Assembly (NCBI GenBank): GCA_050287085.1
Contig: JBNKBE010000001.1
Location: forward strand, 426,848-490,847
Reading direction: 5' to 3'
Length of the DNA: 64,000 bases
Source: Polyangiaceae bacterium
GTDB lineage: Bacteria > Myxococcota_A > Polyangia > Polyangiales > Polyangiaceae
The notes beneath the pieces were generated by a model. That model did no database searches. It saw only the letters and a list, made by a program, of their open reading frames with translations, and was not told where the DNA came from. Positions 31,613-42,026 of the stretch are shown one piece after another. Both the position numbers and the translations under genes were made by a program. The first letter of the stretch is position 1; each line of letters begins with the position of its first letter.

Positions 31613-32065
31613 ATGAAGACAAGCACCTCTCGTCAAGCCCTTCCCCTGGACGCCCGACAACAGCTGCGCGCCAAAACCGAGCTGGCACTCGGCTACCTGC
31701 TGCAAACAGCCGGAGCTCGCAGTCGCCGAGCGGTCATTCGCCAGCTCGAGCTACTCATTCACCTTTCACAGGCGACGGTGGCGCTCGAGTTTGGACGCGT
31801 CAGTCGAGACAGCCTCCCCGCCCAGAAGCGCGCCCTATGCCTGGCTCCAGTGCGCGCCCTGGAGCCCGCCACCGACATGGACGCGGTCAAACGCTACGTC
31901 CACGCATGTCTCCTAGGCGCTGATGTGAAAACGTTGGCTGAGCTCGTACAGGCGACGCGCAGCGTCGAACTCATCGCTCGTTTTGAGCGCATCGCGCGTC
32001 GCAGTGGACGCCCCGAACCACAGCGCAAGAGCCTTGGCAACTTGGAACTCCCTTTTGCCGCCTAG
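31613..32065 (+). CDS. Hypothetical protein
   Basis: 150-aa helical-looking ORF filling the gap, convergent with the ABC gene. Confidence 0.55.
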   Translation: MKTSTSRQALPLDARQQLRAKTELALGYLLQTAGARSRRAVIRQLELLIHLSQATVALEFGRVSRDSLPAQKRALCLAPVRALEPATDMDAVKRYVHACLLGADVKTLAELVQATRSVELIARFERIARRSGRPEPQRKSLGNLELPFAA

Positions 32066-33855
32066 AAGGGCATACCTGAGCCGACTACCGGCGCGGGGAC
32101 TTCGCTCGAAACGAACTGATGCTCTATCAGACGACGATAGAGACCCGTTGTTTGCTGCATCAAAGCGCGGTGCGAGCCGGCCTGAACAACCTGTCCGTGT
32201 TCAATGACAACCACGCGATCTGCACCCATCACAGTGGACAATCGGTGCGCAATGATGAGCGTGGTACGACCACGAGCCAGACGCGTCAGAGCTTCTTGCA
32301 CCAGATGCTCACTCTGGGCATCTAGTGCGCTGGTAGCCTCGTCCAACACCAAAACCCGAGGGTCTTGTAGAACCGCTCGGGCGATCGCGACACGCTGCTT
32401 CTGACCGCCAGACAGCTGAACGCCGCGCTCCCCTACCTGCGTCCGATAGCCATCCGGAAAGCGCGTGATGAACTCGTGGGCATTGGCTGCTCTCGCTGCT
32501 TGTTCGATCGCCTCCTGCCCGGGCACTTCGACACGCGCGCCGTAGGTGATGTTGTCGCCGATCGTCGTGGAGAAGAGCAAAGGCTCTTGAGCCACAGTTG
32601 CAACTTGAGCACGTAGCCAAGTTGGATCCAGCGTCCGCAAATCGTGACCGTCGAGCGTGACCCGCCCCGCCAACGGATCGTAGAGCCGAGGAATCAGACT
32701 TGCGATTGTTGACTTTCCCCCCCCCGAAGGCCCCACTAGAGCGACCACCTCGCCCGCGGCAACCGTCAGATCGATCCCGCGCAAGACCTCCGCATCTGGA
32801 CGCGAGTCGTAGGCAAAGCGGACCCCCTCGAAGCGAAGCTCCCCAGGGACCGCGGGCAGAGTAGCTCCCCCCACAAGGGGCATTGACGGAACCCGATCCA
32901 GCAGCTCGAAGATGCGCTCGCCAGCGCCCAGCGCCCGCATGAAATCCGCCCACAACCCAGCCAATGTGGCCAGCGATAGCGCAACGCCCGTGGTGTAGAG
33001 AAGGAAGGCCGTAAGCTCGCCTACGGTCATCAGACCGTCCACAACGTAGCGCCCACCCAACCACAGGACCAATACCAGCGCCACCGATCCCGTGGTCATC
33101 ACGGTACCTTGAAAGACCGCCGAGATTCGGATGCGCGCGCGCCCCAATTCAAAAGCGTGCTGAACGGCACGCTCGTAGCGCTTCGCCTCGCGCTCCTCGC
33201 CCGCAAATTGCCGAACCGTACGCACGCCGCCCAGCGTTTCTTCAGCAACATGCGTGGCCTCCGCCAAGGCGTCGCTCACGCGACGTGCGTAGCGACGCAC
33301 CCAACGTCCAACGACCACAGCGGACACAGCAATGGGAGGCACGATGACCAGCATGATGAGAGTCAGCCGCGCCGACGTGTAGAGCAACAACGCCAGCCCG
33401 CCAACCGCACCCGCTGCGCTGCGCAGCACCATCGAAACATTGATGCTCAACGCGCTCTGCAGGGTTTGGGTGTCAGCGGCAAGTCGACTCATCAACTCAC
33501 CCGTCCTCCGCCCGTCGAAGAAGGCGATCTCTTGAGCGATAATGCTGCGATAGAGTTGGCCTCGCAACCGAGTCACAATGCGCTCACCCGCAAGCGTGAA
33601 TAGATAGTAGCGAAACCCCGTGGCCACTCCTTGAACCACGAAGACGAGCGCAGTCCAGGTGGCGGCCCTATCGATCAACTCCCGGCCGCCCCCGTGAGCT
33701 ATCTCGTCCATGAAGATGCGGATCGCCTGAGGGTAAACCAAAGACCCCCCGCTGGCTAAAGCCAAACAGGCCGTCCCGAGGGCAAGCAGTCGCCACTCTC
33801 CCATCGCTAGCGCACGCATGCGCCGCAAGCGGGACTTGGCGGCGTCGTCACTCAC
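32062..33855 (-). CDS. ABC exporter, fused permease/ATPase (ABCB/MsbA-like)
   Basis: TM domain, GPSGGGKS, LSGGQKQR, LDEATSALD, IAHRLST. Confidence 0.93.
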   Translation of the reverse strand: MSDDAAKSRLRRMRALAMGEWRLLALGTACLALASGGSLVYPQAIRIFMDEIAHGGGRELIDRAATWTALVFVVQGVATGFRYYLFTLAGERIVTRLRGQLYRSIIAQEIAFFDGRRTGELMSRLAADTQTLQSALSINVSMVLRSAAGAVGGLALLLYTSARLTLIMLVIVPPIAVSAVVVGRWVRRYARRVSDALAEATHVAEETLGGVRTVRQFAGEEREAKRYERAVQHAFELGRARIRISAVFQGTVMTTGSVALVLVLWLGGRYVVDGLMTVGELTAFLLYTTGVALSLATLAGLWADFMRALGAGERIFELLDRVPSMPLVGGATLPAVPGELRFEGVRFAYDSRPDAEVLRGIDLTVAAGEVVALVGPSGGGKSTIASLIPRLYDPLAGRVTLDGHDLRTLDPTWLRAQVATVAQEPLLFSTTIGDNITYGARVEVPGQEAIEQAARAANAHEFITRFPDGYRTQVGERGVQLSGGQKQRVAIARAVLQDPRVLVLDEATSALDAQSEHLVQEALTRLARGRTTLIIAHRLSTVMGADRVVVIEHGQVVQAGSHRALMQQTTGLYRRLIEHQFVSSEVPAPVVGSGMPF

Positions 33856-34292
33856 GAAGCAATCAACTCCGGCGCGGCTTTGGCCGACGCTACAAAGCGC
33901 TCAACTTGGGTTCCAATGTTGTCGGGCCAAGAGCGCATGACGGCAGCCAGCCCGGCCGCCGAGGCCCCCGCACGCTGGGACTCCAGCCAGCTCCAGTGTC
34001 GAGGCAGCAGTGAGACTTCGCGACTGAGCGCTCCAAGTTTGGGCCGCCCACGCCCCCTCGGTGTCGCGTCCACGCCCGCTCCGGAAGCCGAGTAGCGCAT
34101 GGCCACGTCAGTCTCCGTGCCACGGACGCCCAAGTCCTGGGGGCGTCCGGTCACCTCCGAATAGCACACGATGCGTCGCGACTCAGCGGTCCCCGAAATG
34201 CGGTGTGCCACACGGGCCACATGCTCCAAAGACCCAGACGCAAAGCGTCGGGCACCGACAAATAGCACGTAGCATGGCAGCGGACCGACCAT
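33852..34292 (-). CDS. DUF2239-family protein, apparently with an internal in-frame deletion
   Basis: RGRGRPKLGALSREVSLLPRHWSWLE signature; C-terminal half short. Confidence 0.7.
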   Translation of the reverse strand: MVGPLPCYVLFVGARRFASGSLEHVARVAHRISGTAESRRIVCYSEVTGRPQDLGVRGTETDVAMRYSASGAGVDATPRGRGRPKLGALSREVSLLPRHWSWLESQRAGASAAGLAAVMRSWPDNIGTQVERFVASAKAAPELIAS

Positions 34293-34364
34293 CGACCGGC
34301 GTTATCGAGCCGAGACCGGGCCGGCGCAAGCCTTTTTGCCGGAAGGAGATGTCCAGCTCAGGCC

Positions 34365-35246
34365 CTAGGCCAGAACCCGGAGGCGTCGAGGCGCAGGTGC
34401 AGGCGCAGCGTCAGCCCATTGTCGGTTCTGCCCCGGGGTCGCGGCTCGCAGATCAAAACCCTCGACCCCAAAGCGCTCTGCGAGCTCCAACACAAACTCC
34501 CTGAGCGCTTTGCGCCAAGCCCCATCCCTCAAGTAGATTCGAATGCGGTCGACGACCGCCTCGAAGGGCAAAGCCTGCGCCGCGGCGCGATGGTTCAGAC
34601 GAACGACATGGTAGCCGTGCTTCGTCTTGATGACCCGAGGCGCTATTTCACCCGGCTCGAGCTCGCGCAATGCGGCTTCGAATTCAGGCGCCGTTTCGCC
34701 AACGGATACCTGCCCCAAACGACCTCCCTGTGCGGCCGAAGGACAGATGGAGTGTCGCTCCGCCAAACGCTCGAAGCGATGCGGCTCTGACGTGGCACGC
34801 TCCAACAACTGCTGCGCAAGCACCTCCCCTGAAGCCACCTCGCCCTCGGCGGACCCAGACTCCGCTGGCGGAACGAGGATATGCGATGCATCGTAGAGCT
34901 CGGGTCCCAAGAAACGCTGACGGTGCTCATGGTAGAAGTCGCGTGCCTGAGCCATCGTCACCGCTGGCACCGGCACATGGCTCTGCATGACGCTCTCGAT
35001 GGCTGCCTGCTCTTGGCGTTCGTCCCCGCGCTGGTCGAGCAGGCCACGCGATAGAGCCCATTGCAGCATCAATTCCCTGACAATGAGCGCTCGAGTCGCT
35101 TCCTCAGCCGCGGCCGCGAACGACGGAGCCGGATGATACTGAACCTCCGCGCCCACTTGGTGCGAATCGATCTCGACTCCCCCGACGCGCGCCACCACCT
35201 GACGTGTTGGCTTTGGCTCCATCTCGCTGGCGACATCTATCGACAT
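34365..35246 (-). CDS. PpiC-type peptidyl-prolyl isomerase (NifM-like, nar-associated)
   Basis: ASHIL, LAERHSICPS..QGGRLG, PEFEAAL, KTKHGYHVV; GGAGG RBS. Confidence 0.88.
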   Translation of the reverse strand: MSIDVASEMEPKPTRQVVARVGGVEIDSHQVGAEVQYHPAPSFAAAAEEATRALIVRELMLQWALSRGLLDQRGDERQEQAAIESVMQSHVPVPAVTMAQARDFYHEHRQRFLGPELYDASHILVPPAESGSAEGEVASGEVLAQQLLERATSEPHRFERLAERHSICPSAAQGGRLGQVSVGETAPEFEAALRELEPGEIAPRVIKTKHGYHVVRLNHRAAAQALPFEAVVDRIRIYLRDGAWRKALREFVLELAERFGVEGFDLRAATPGQNRQWADAAPAPAPRRLRVLA

Positions 35247-35248
35247 GT

Positions 35249-35941
35249 TCACACCCTCCTGGCACGCACGATTTGCGTATAGGTTCGCGTTAGATATCCG
35301 AGCGGCGCACTGCAAACATGCACCAAGCGGGTAAACGGAAAGACCAGAAAGACCCCAAGACCAAGAAGAATGTGCAGTCGGAACACCCAAGGGACGCCTT
35401 GCAGGTGGGCTGCCGGATCATCCCCAAAGAAGACAATTCCCTGGGCCCAACTGCTGAGATGGTGCAGCCAGATCCCGCTGTCGCGCGTCTGATAGGACTC
35501 CGGCAGAGTGAACATTCCGACCAACAATGCGGACAGCAACAACAAGGCAATCAGGTTGTCGGACGCGCCGCTGGTGCGACGCACTCGCACGTCTGTAAAG
35601 CGGCGCCAGCAAAGGAGCCCCAGGCCAACCAACGTTGCCCCTCCCGTAAGACTGCCCATGACAAGCTCCATCATCTGATGAGCTGCGTCCGGCACCCTTA
35701 GGAAGTGCCATATCGCAGGCGGCACCAACAAGCCCGCGACGTGCCCACCCACGAGCCCTAACACGCCCAGGTGAAATAGGTTGCTGGCCAACTGAAAGCG
35801 AGGCCCCGAGCGGAGCATCTGCGACGAGCTCGCCTGCCAGCTGTATTGCTCTCGCTCAAAACGATAGATCGTTCCCACCACGAGCACCGTGAGCGCTACG
35901 TAGGGAAAGTAATTAAACAACACTCTTTCGAGTAATGGCAC
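35249..35941 (-). CDS. narI: Respiratory nitrate reductase gamma subunit
   Basis: YSWQASSSQML, LFHLG, GH, HILLG, FPFTRLVH. Confidence 0.95.
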   Translation of the reverse strand: MPLLERVLFNYFPYVALTVLVVGTIYRFEREQYSWQASSSQMLRSGPRFQLASNLFHLGVLGLVGGHVAGLLVPPAIWHFLRVPDAAHQMMELVMGSLTGGATLVGLGLLCWRRFTDVRVRRTSGASDNLIALLLLSALLVGMFTLPESYQTRDSGIWLHHLSSWAQGIVFFGDDPAAHLQGVPWVFRLHILLGLGVFLVFPFTRLVHVCSAPLGYLTRTYTQIVRARRV

Positions 35942-35980
35942 AGTCGACTCCTATAGACCCCTAGAATTGGGGCTCATCCT

Positions 35981-36661
35981 CTAGCCAATGACATCACCGC
36001 GTTCGGAACGTCGGAGGTGAACCGACGTGTCTGCCATGACGGAATCGTGAGCTGCGGCGACGCCGAACGTAACCGGCGACTCCTGCCACAGGGCGTCCAA
36101 CTCCGCGGCCGTCTGAGGTGGTGGCGGCTGACCTCCTGCCAAGACCACTTCCTTGCCGTAGAGTCGCGCCAGGGGAACAAGAACGGCGGCGTACGCGCTC
36201 TCTAATTCACTCAGACGCTCTCCCAAGAGGGCCAGTATCGGGGCCGCATCACGCAGCAAGGGCGCTCCAACTTCGGGAGCAACAGCCGACAGTTCCAAGA
36301 GTGCCGGCAGGTAGTCCGGCAGCTCTCGCGTGGAAAGCCGAAAACCGGCGCTCTGATAGGCACGGGACAGCTCCACCATGGCTTGGCCCCGCTCTTTGCC
36401 CTCACCATGCACGTGCTCAAATAGATGCAGTGACAGCCGTCGGTTTCGGTCGAAGATGTCCACATACCGTGCTTGGAGCCGAACCTCCGGCTCATCGCGC
36501 AGATATTCGAGCAGCCGGAGCAACGCCGCCACCTCCTCTGAGCGTAGACAATCGATCGCAGCCAGCACGTCTTCGCCCTCCGAGAGAGCCTCCCGCAGCT
36601 CGGTCGTCGGATATGCCATCAATGCCGCTGAGAGTTGTGAGAAGGTAGCCAAGGGATTCAT
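35981..36661 (-). CDS. narJ: Nitrate reductase molybdenum-cofactor assembly chaperone
   Basis: YVDIFDR..RLSLHLFEHVHGE.KERGQAMVEL, ELPDYLP. Confidence 0.95.
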   Translation of the reverse strand: MNPLATFSQLSAALMAYPTTELREALSEGEDVLAAIDCLRSEEVAALLRLLEYLRDEPEVRLQARYVDIFDRNRRLSLHLFEHVHGEGKERGQAMVELSRAYQSAGFRLSTRELPDYLPALLELSAVAPEVGAPLLRDAAPILALLGERLSELESAYAAVLVPLARLYGKEVVLAGGQPPPPQTAAELDALWQESPVTFGVAAAHDSVMADTSVHLRRSERGDVIG

Positions 36662-38154
36662 CGCGACACCGAAAAGAGATTGTTCGATGGCCGAGGATCC
36701 CCGTCACAGCCGTTGCCAAAGCTGATGCCACAACCGCCCTGCAATGCGGCCACATCCTCGCTCTCCTCGCGGTGCGAGGTGGGGATCACATACCGGTCTT
36801 CGTAGTCAGCGATCGCCATATAGCGATACATCTCCTCGACCTCGCCCACGGTTAGGTCAGCCTCTGCAAGAACGTCTTCGGCATGGCGCCCTTCAACATG
36901 TCTCTCGCGCATGAAGATACGCATCGCAAACATCCGTTTCAGCCCACGTTTGATGGGCTCGACGTCTCCGGCAGTCAGCATATTGGCCAAGTACTGCACG
37001 GGGATCTGCAAGGCATCGAGATCGGGCAACGAGCTCCCAAAGCCTACTTGATGCTTCGTCAGCGCGTTCTGAATCGGCGATAGCGGCGGAACGTACCAGA
37101 CCATCGGCAGCGTTCTGAACTCAGGATGCAGCGGGAATGCGACCTGCCACTGCTTGGCCATCTTGTACACGGGGCTCTTCCGAGCCGCCTCCAGCCACTT
37201 TTCGTGAACTCCATCGAGACGCGCTTGAGCTGCCACAGCTGGATCGGCTGGGTCCAAGATAACATCCAGGTGAGCCTGATACAGATCCGTGTCCAATTCC
37301 GTCGCGGCAGCGTCCTGAATCTTGTCCGCGTCGTACAACATGACGCCGAGATAGCGAATGCGCCCCACACACGTCTCCGAACAGATCGTCGGCTTGCCTG
37401 TCTCGAGCCGCGGATAGCATAGGATACACTTCTCCGACTTGCCGCTCTTCCAGTTGTAGTAGATCTTCTTGTAGGGACAGCCGCTTACGCACATGCGCCA
37501 GCCACGGCATTTGTCCTGATCTATGAGAACCACGCCATCTTCTTCGCGCTTGTAGATAGACCCCGACGGACATGCCGCCACACAGGTCGGATTGAGGCAA
37601 TGTTCACACAGACGTGGCAAGTACATCATGAAGCTCTTTTCGAACTCACCGTAGATGTCCTTCTCCATGCCCTCGAAGTTCGCGTCCTGCGAGCGTCGAG
37701 CGAACTCACCCCCCAGGTCGTCTTCCCAATTGGGGCCCCAATCTATCTGCGCCATACGCTCCCCCGTGAGGAGCGACACGGGAGCCGCCTGAGGCACGAC
37801 CTCCGTTTCCCCAGCACTCTGAAGGTGTGCGTAGTCGTATGTAAAGGGCTCGTAGTACTCGTCAATGTCGGGCATCTCGGGATTGGCAAACAGCTTGCTC
37901 AAAACGCGAAAGCGCCCACCAATCCGCGGTCTAATCTGTCCGCCGGCGTCACGCACCCACCCCCCACGCCACTTTCGTTGGTTCTCCCAATCCTTCGGAT
38001 AGCCAATGCCGGGCTTGGTCTCGACGTTGTTGAACCAGGTGTACTCCACGCCTTCGCGGTTGGTCCAAACGTTCTTGCAAGTCACGGAGCACGTATGACA
38101 TCCGATGCACTTGTCCAGGTTCAGAACCATCATTATCTGGGCACGAACCTTCAT
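36658..38154 (-). CDS. narH: Respiratory nitrate reductase beta subunit
   Basis: MVLNLDKCIGCHTCSVTCKNVW and the other Fe-S Cys motifs. Confidence 0.97.
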   Translation of the reverse strand: MKVRAQIMMVLNLDKCIGCHTCSVTCKNVWTNREGVEYTWFNNVETKPGIGYPKDWENQRKWRGGWVRDAGGQIRPRIGGRFRVLSKLFANPEMPDIDEYYEPFTYDYAHLQSAGETEVVPQAAPVSLLTGERMAQIDWGPNWEDDLGGEFARRSQDANFEGMEKDIYGEFEKSFMMYLPRLCEHCLNPTCVAACPSGSIYKREEDGVVLIDQDKCRGWRMCVSGCPYKKIYYNWKSGKSEKCILCYPRLETGKPTICSETCVGRIRYLGVMLYDADKIQDAAATELDTDLYQAHLDVILDPADPAVAAQARLDGVHEKWLEAARKSPVYKMAKQWQVAFPLHPEFRTLPMVWYVPPLSPIQNALTKHQVGFGSSLPDLDALQIPVQYLANMLTAGDVEPIKRGLKRMFAMRIFMRERHVEGRHAEDVLAEADLTVGEVEEMYRYMAIADYEDRYVIPTSHREESEDVAALQGGCGISFGNGCDGDPRPSNNLFSVSR

Positions 38155-41100
38155 GATACAATCTCCTTGAGGGCGGGACTAAGCTCACGCGGCGCGCTGC
38201 CGTCCATGAAGTCGAGCCTACGCATCTTGCGCACGATGACAAAGTCATCTCGGTTGGCACCTACCGTGCCGTAATAGTTGAACCCATAGGCTTGGTGCGC
38301 GTACCCGCCGATCATGTGCGTCGGCTTAACGACGATACGCGACACAGAATTGTGAATTCCCCGAGTCCGCGTTGTCTCAGTCCCAGGCGAATTAACCGTC
38401 TTGTCCTGCGAGTGATACATGAACGCGCAGCCAGCTTTTATGCGCTGACTCACTACGGCTCGGGCCGAAACAGCACCGTTGTCGTTGAAGGCTTCAATCC
38501 AATCGTTGTCTTCTATTCCCAGGCGCACCGCATCTGCTTCGCTGATCCAGATATTGGGGCCGCCACGCGAAAGCGTGAGCATCATCTGAGTGTCTGTGAA
38601 CGAAGAGTGAATACCCCATTTCTGATGGGGGGTGAGAAAGTTCAACACCAACTGGGCATTGCCATTGGCAGCAAGATGACGGGCCACGCTGAGAGACTTG
38701 GTGTCGATTGGAGGCTTGTACTGCGGAAACATCTCGCCGAACTCCCGCATCCAAGGATGATCCTGAAAGCACTGTTGCCGTCCGGTAAGTGTGCGCCACG
38801 GGACCAACTCGTTGACATTGATATACCCCGAGTTGTAGGTGACCTTCTCGCTTTCGACACCGCTCCAGGTCGGAGAAGTGATCACCTTTCGCGGCTGTGC
38901 AACGATATCAGCAAAGGTGATTCTGTCCGCTTCGCGCCCGCTAGCTAGATGGGTGTGACTACGCCCGGTTCGCCGTTCAAGTGCCTTCCAGCTCTTGACC
39001 GCCACCGAGCCGTTGGTTTCGGGCGAGAGGACCAGAATTGTTTCACATGCATGCAGATCGGTATCGAGTCTTGGTCGCCCCGTAGTGGGGGTTCCGGCGG
39101 GAACAACGCCGTTGACCTCACCCAAGGTCTCGACCTCTCGCTTCGCGTCCCACGTCAGGCCTTTGGTGGCCGTACCAAACTCGTCCACGCCGGGACCCAA
39201 TGAAGTGAAGCGATGATATGTATTCGGATAGTCACGTTCGACAAGATGCACGAGAGGCATTGTCTTTCCGGGTACCGCCGGGCACTCCTTTCGCTTCCAC
39301 TCCTGAACGGCCAGGGCCTGCCCCAGCTCGGAGGGCGCGTCGTGAGACAGAGGCTGCAGCACTACGTCATGCTCGATGCCCAAGTGTCCCGGAACCACGC
39401 GGGAGAACTCCTCCGCAAATCCGCGAAATATCTCCCAGTCGCTCTTGCACTCCCACAAGGGATCCACCGCGCCGGTCAGCGGATGGATAAACGGATGCAT
39501 GTCGGTCGTGCTCAGGTCGTTCTTCTCGTACCAGGTGGCGGTGGGCAGAACGATGTCGGAATACAGGCAGTTGCTGGACATGCGAAAGTCGATGGTGACC
39601 AACAGGTCCAACTTGCCCTCCGGAGCATCGCTTCGGTAGGTCACCTCTTCTGGCAACGGAGCACCGCTGGCCTTGATGTCTTCGCCCACTACACCGTGTT
39701 TGGCGCCAATGAGGTGCTTGAGAAAGTACTCATGACCCTTGGAGCTCGAGCCCAGAAGATTCGAGCGCCACACCAGCAGATTGCGTGGGAAGTTTCGCGG
39801 GTTGTCAGGGTCCTCGCAGCTCATCCGAAGCTCCCCGCTCTCGAGCCCACGGGCCACTACTTCTCCGACGTTCGCGCCGCTCGCATGAATCTCCCGTCCG
39901 AGCTGCAGCGGGTTTTTCTCGAGTTGGGGTGCACTCGGAAGCCATCCCATGCGTTCGGCGCGGACGTTGTAGTCTATGAGGTGAGGGCTTGCTCGATGGC
40001 CCGTGGGCAGCGGCGAGCGCAGCTCGTCGGCCGCCAGCTGTTCGTAGCGCCACTGGTCGGTGTGATTGTACCAGAACGAAGTTCCGTTCATCTGCCTAGG
40101 TGGACGCCCCCAGTCTAAGGCGAACGCGAGCGTTGTCCATCCCGGCTGGGGTCTGAGCTTTTCCTGTCCGACGTAGTGAGCCCAGCCCCCGCCCGACTTG
40201 CCGATTGTCCCACACAACACCAACATGTTGATCGCGGCGCGGTAGGTCATGTCGTTGTGGAACCACTGGTTCACCCCTGTGCCGATGATTATCATCGAGC
40301 GACCTTGGGTTTTGGCCGCGGTCTCTGCAAACTCGCGAGCCACCGCGATCACCTTGTCACGCGCCACTCCGGTGATGCGTTCCTGCCAGGCGGGCGTGTA
40401 CGGGACGTCGTCGTCATAGGAAGCTGCAGCAACCCCTCCTAGCCCACGATCCACGCCGTAGTGCGCGCACATGAGATCGAATACCGTGGCGACGTACGCC
40501 TCTCCGTCCTGCAGCTGCAGCCGCTTGGCTCGCACTCGCCGAACCTGGATCTCGTCGTGTTCGCTCGCAGCAAAGAACTCGTGATGGCGCCCCCCAAAAT
40601 AGGGAAAGCAAACGTCGAGCACGTCGCCGTCCGCTTCGGGTAGCGTCAGGCGAAGCCTTCTTTCCACGCCGCTCGTCGCGTCTCGCGTCTCGAGATTCCA
40701 GAGTCCGTCTTCGCCCCAACGAAATCCGATACTGCCCCGCGGTACCACCAATTCGGAGCTGACTTCATCAAGAGCCAGTGTCTTCCACTCCGGATTGTTG
40801 GCTTGCCCACCTGCCCCGGGCAAATCCGCCGCGCGCAAGAAGCGTTCAGCCACCCACCGACCATCGCGTTGCACCAGCTTCACGAGACACGGCAAGTCGC
40901 TGTACCGCCGCACGTAGTCGTCAAAGTAGGGCGTCGACTTGTCGATGAAGAACTCACGCAATACCACGTGCCCCATCGCCATGGCCATGGCCGAGTCTGT
41001 CCCCTGCTTTGGGTCGAGCCAGAGGTCGGCGAACTTCGACGCTTCACTGAAGTCTGGTGTGACAACAACCGTCTTGGTTCCCCGATAGCGGACCTCGGTT

Positions 41101-41903
41101 AGGTAGTGCGCATCCGGCGTTCGCGTCTGTGGAACGTTGGAGCCCCAGACCATGAGAAACGACGAATTGTACCAATCGGCGGATTCGGGGACATCCGTTT
41201 GCTCGCCCCAGGTCTGCGGCGATGCGGGGGGCAAATCGCAGTACCAATCGTAGAACGACAGCGCGGTGCCTCCGAGAAGCGAGAGATATCGCACGCCCGC
41301 TGAATACGAGACCATGCTCATCGCCGGGATGGGAGAGAAGCCCACAATGCGGTCAGGTCCGAACTCCTTGGCCGTATACACGTTGGCGGCGGCGATGAGC
41401 TCATTCGCCTCGGGCCACGTCAGCCTCACAAAGCCGCCTTTGCCCCGTCGCGACTTGTATTGGCGCGAAAGCTCCGGATCCTCAACGAGCGAACGCCAAG
41501 CCTCGACGGGATCGGAGTGCTTCTGCTTGGCTGAGCGCCACAACTCCGCGAGACGTCCCCGAATCAGTGGATACTTGATGCGGTTTCCGCTGTACAAGTA
41601 CCAAGAGGCGCTGGCCCCGCGCGCGCAGCCGCGCGGCTCATGATTGGGTAGATCAGCCCGCGTCGCCGGGTAGTCGAGAACTTGGGTCTCCCATGTAACG
41701 AAGCCACCTTTGACGTACACCTGCCAGCCACAGGAGCCCGTGCAGTTGACGCCATGCGTCGAGCGCACGACTTTGTCATGCTGCCAACGCTTTCGGTACC
41801 CGTCTTCCCAGCGGCGGTCTTCGGTTGTCACTGCGCCAAACCCATCCGCAAATGGGGTCACGCCCTTGCGCAAGAAGCGCAGTTTTTCGAGGAGGTGGCT
41901 CAT
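38151..41903 (-). CDS. narG: Respiratory nitrate reductase alpha subunit
   Basis: STHGVNCTGSC, SFYDWYCDLPPASPQ, TPHQKWGIHS, YGFNYYG; no Tat leader. Confidence 0.98.
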   Translation of the reverse strand: MSHLLEKLRFLRKGVTPFADGFGAVTTEDRRWEDGYRKRWQHDKVVRSTHGVNCTGSCGWQVYVKGGFVTWETQVLDYPATRADLPNHEPRGCARGASASWYLYSGNRIKYPLIRGRLAELWRSAKQKHSDPVEAWRSLVEDPELSRQYKSRRGKGGFVRLTWPEANELIAAANVYTAKEFGPDRIVGFSPIPAMSMVSYSAGVRYLSLLGGTALSFYDWYCDLPPASPQTWGEQTDVPESADWYNSSFLMVWGSNVPQTRTPDAHYLTEVRYRGTKTVVVTPDFSEASKFADLWLDPKQGTDSAMAMAMGHVVLREFFIDKSTPYFDDYVRRYSDLPCLVKLVQRDGRWVAERFLRAADLPGAGGQANNPEWKTLALDEVSSELVVPRGSIGFRWGEDGLWNLETRDATSGVERRLRLTLPEADGDVLDVCFPYFGGRHHEFFAASEHDEIQVRRVRAKRLQLQDGEAYVATVFDLMCAHYGVDRGLGGVAAASYDDDVPYTPAWQERITGVARDKVIAVAREFAETAAKTQGRSMIIIGTGVNQWFHNDMTYRAAINMLVLCGTIGKSGGGWAHYVGQEKLRPQPGWTTLAFALDWGRPPRQMNGTSFWYNHTDQWRYEQLAADELRSPLPTGHRASPHLIDYNVRAERMGWLPSAPQLEKNPLQLGREIHASGANVGEVVARGLESGELRMSCEDPDNPRNFPRNLLVWRSNLLGSSSKGHEYFLKHLIGAKHGVVGEDIKASGAPLPEEVTYRSDAPEGKLDLLVTIDFRMSSNCLYSDIVLPTATWYEKNDLSTTDMHPFIHPLTGAVDPLWECKSDWEIFRGFAEEFSRVVPGHLGIEHDVVLQPLSHDAPSELGQALAVQEWKRKECPAVPGKTMPLVHLVERDYPNTYHRFTSLGPGVDEFGTATKGLTWDAKREVETLGEVNGVVPAGTPTTGRPRLDTDLHACETILVLSPETNGSVAVKSWKALERRTGRSHTHLASGREADRITFADIVAQPRKVITSPTWSGVESEKVTYNSGYINVNELVPWRTLTGRQQCFQDHPWMREFGEMFPQYKPPIDTKSLSVARHLAANGNAQLVLNFLTPHQKWGIHSSFTDTQMMLTLSRGGPNIWISEADAVRLGIEDNDWIEAFNDNGAVSARAVVSQRIKAGCAFMYHSQDKTVNSPGTETTRTRGIHNSVSRIVVKPTHMIGGYAHQAYGFNYYGTVGANRDDFVIVRKMRRLDFMDGSAPRELSPALKEIVS

Positions 41904-41992
41904 CTAACAATCCCTTCTGAACACGGAGGTAGCCACGACCGCTTTTTCCTGGAGGTTTCAGATCAGATGCAGAGCGATGACTCTGACAAAAC

Positions 41993-42026
41993 TTGCGTCT
42001 GGGTCACAAATGTTGCGCACGCTCAG
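41993..42026. promoter_or_regulatory. Possible Crp/Fnr(FixK)-type sites upstream of narG
   Basis: TTGCG-N6-TCACA (41993-42008) and TTGC-N6-TCAG (42013-42026); both are imperfect matches. Confidence 0.3.
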
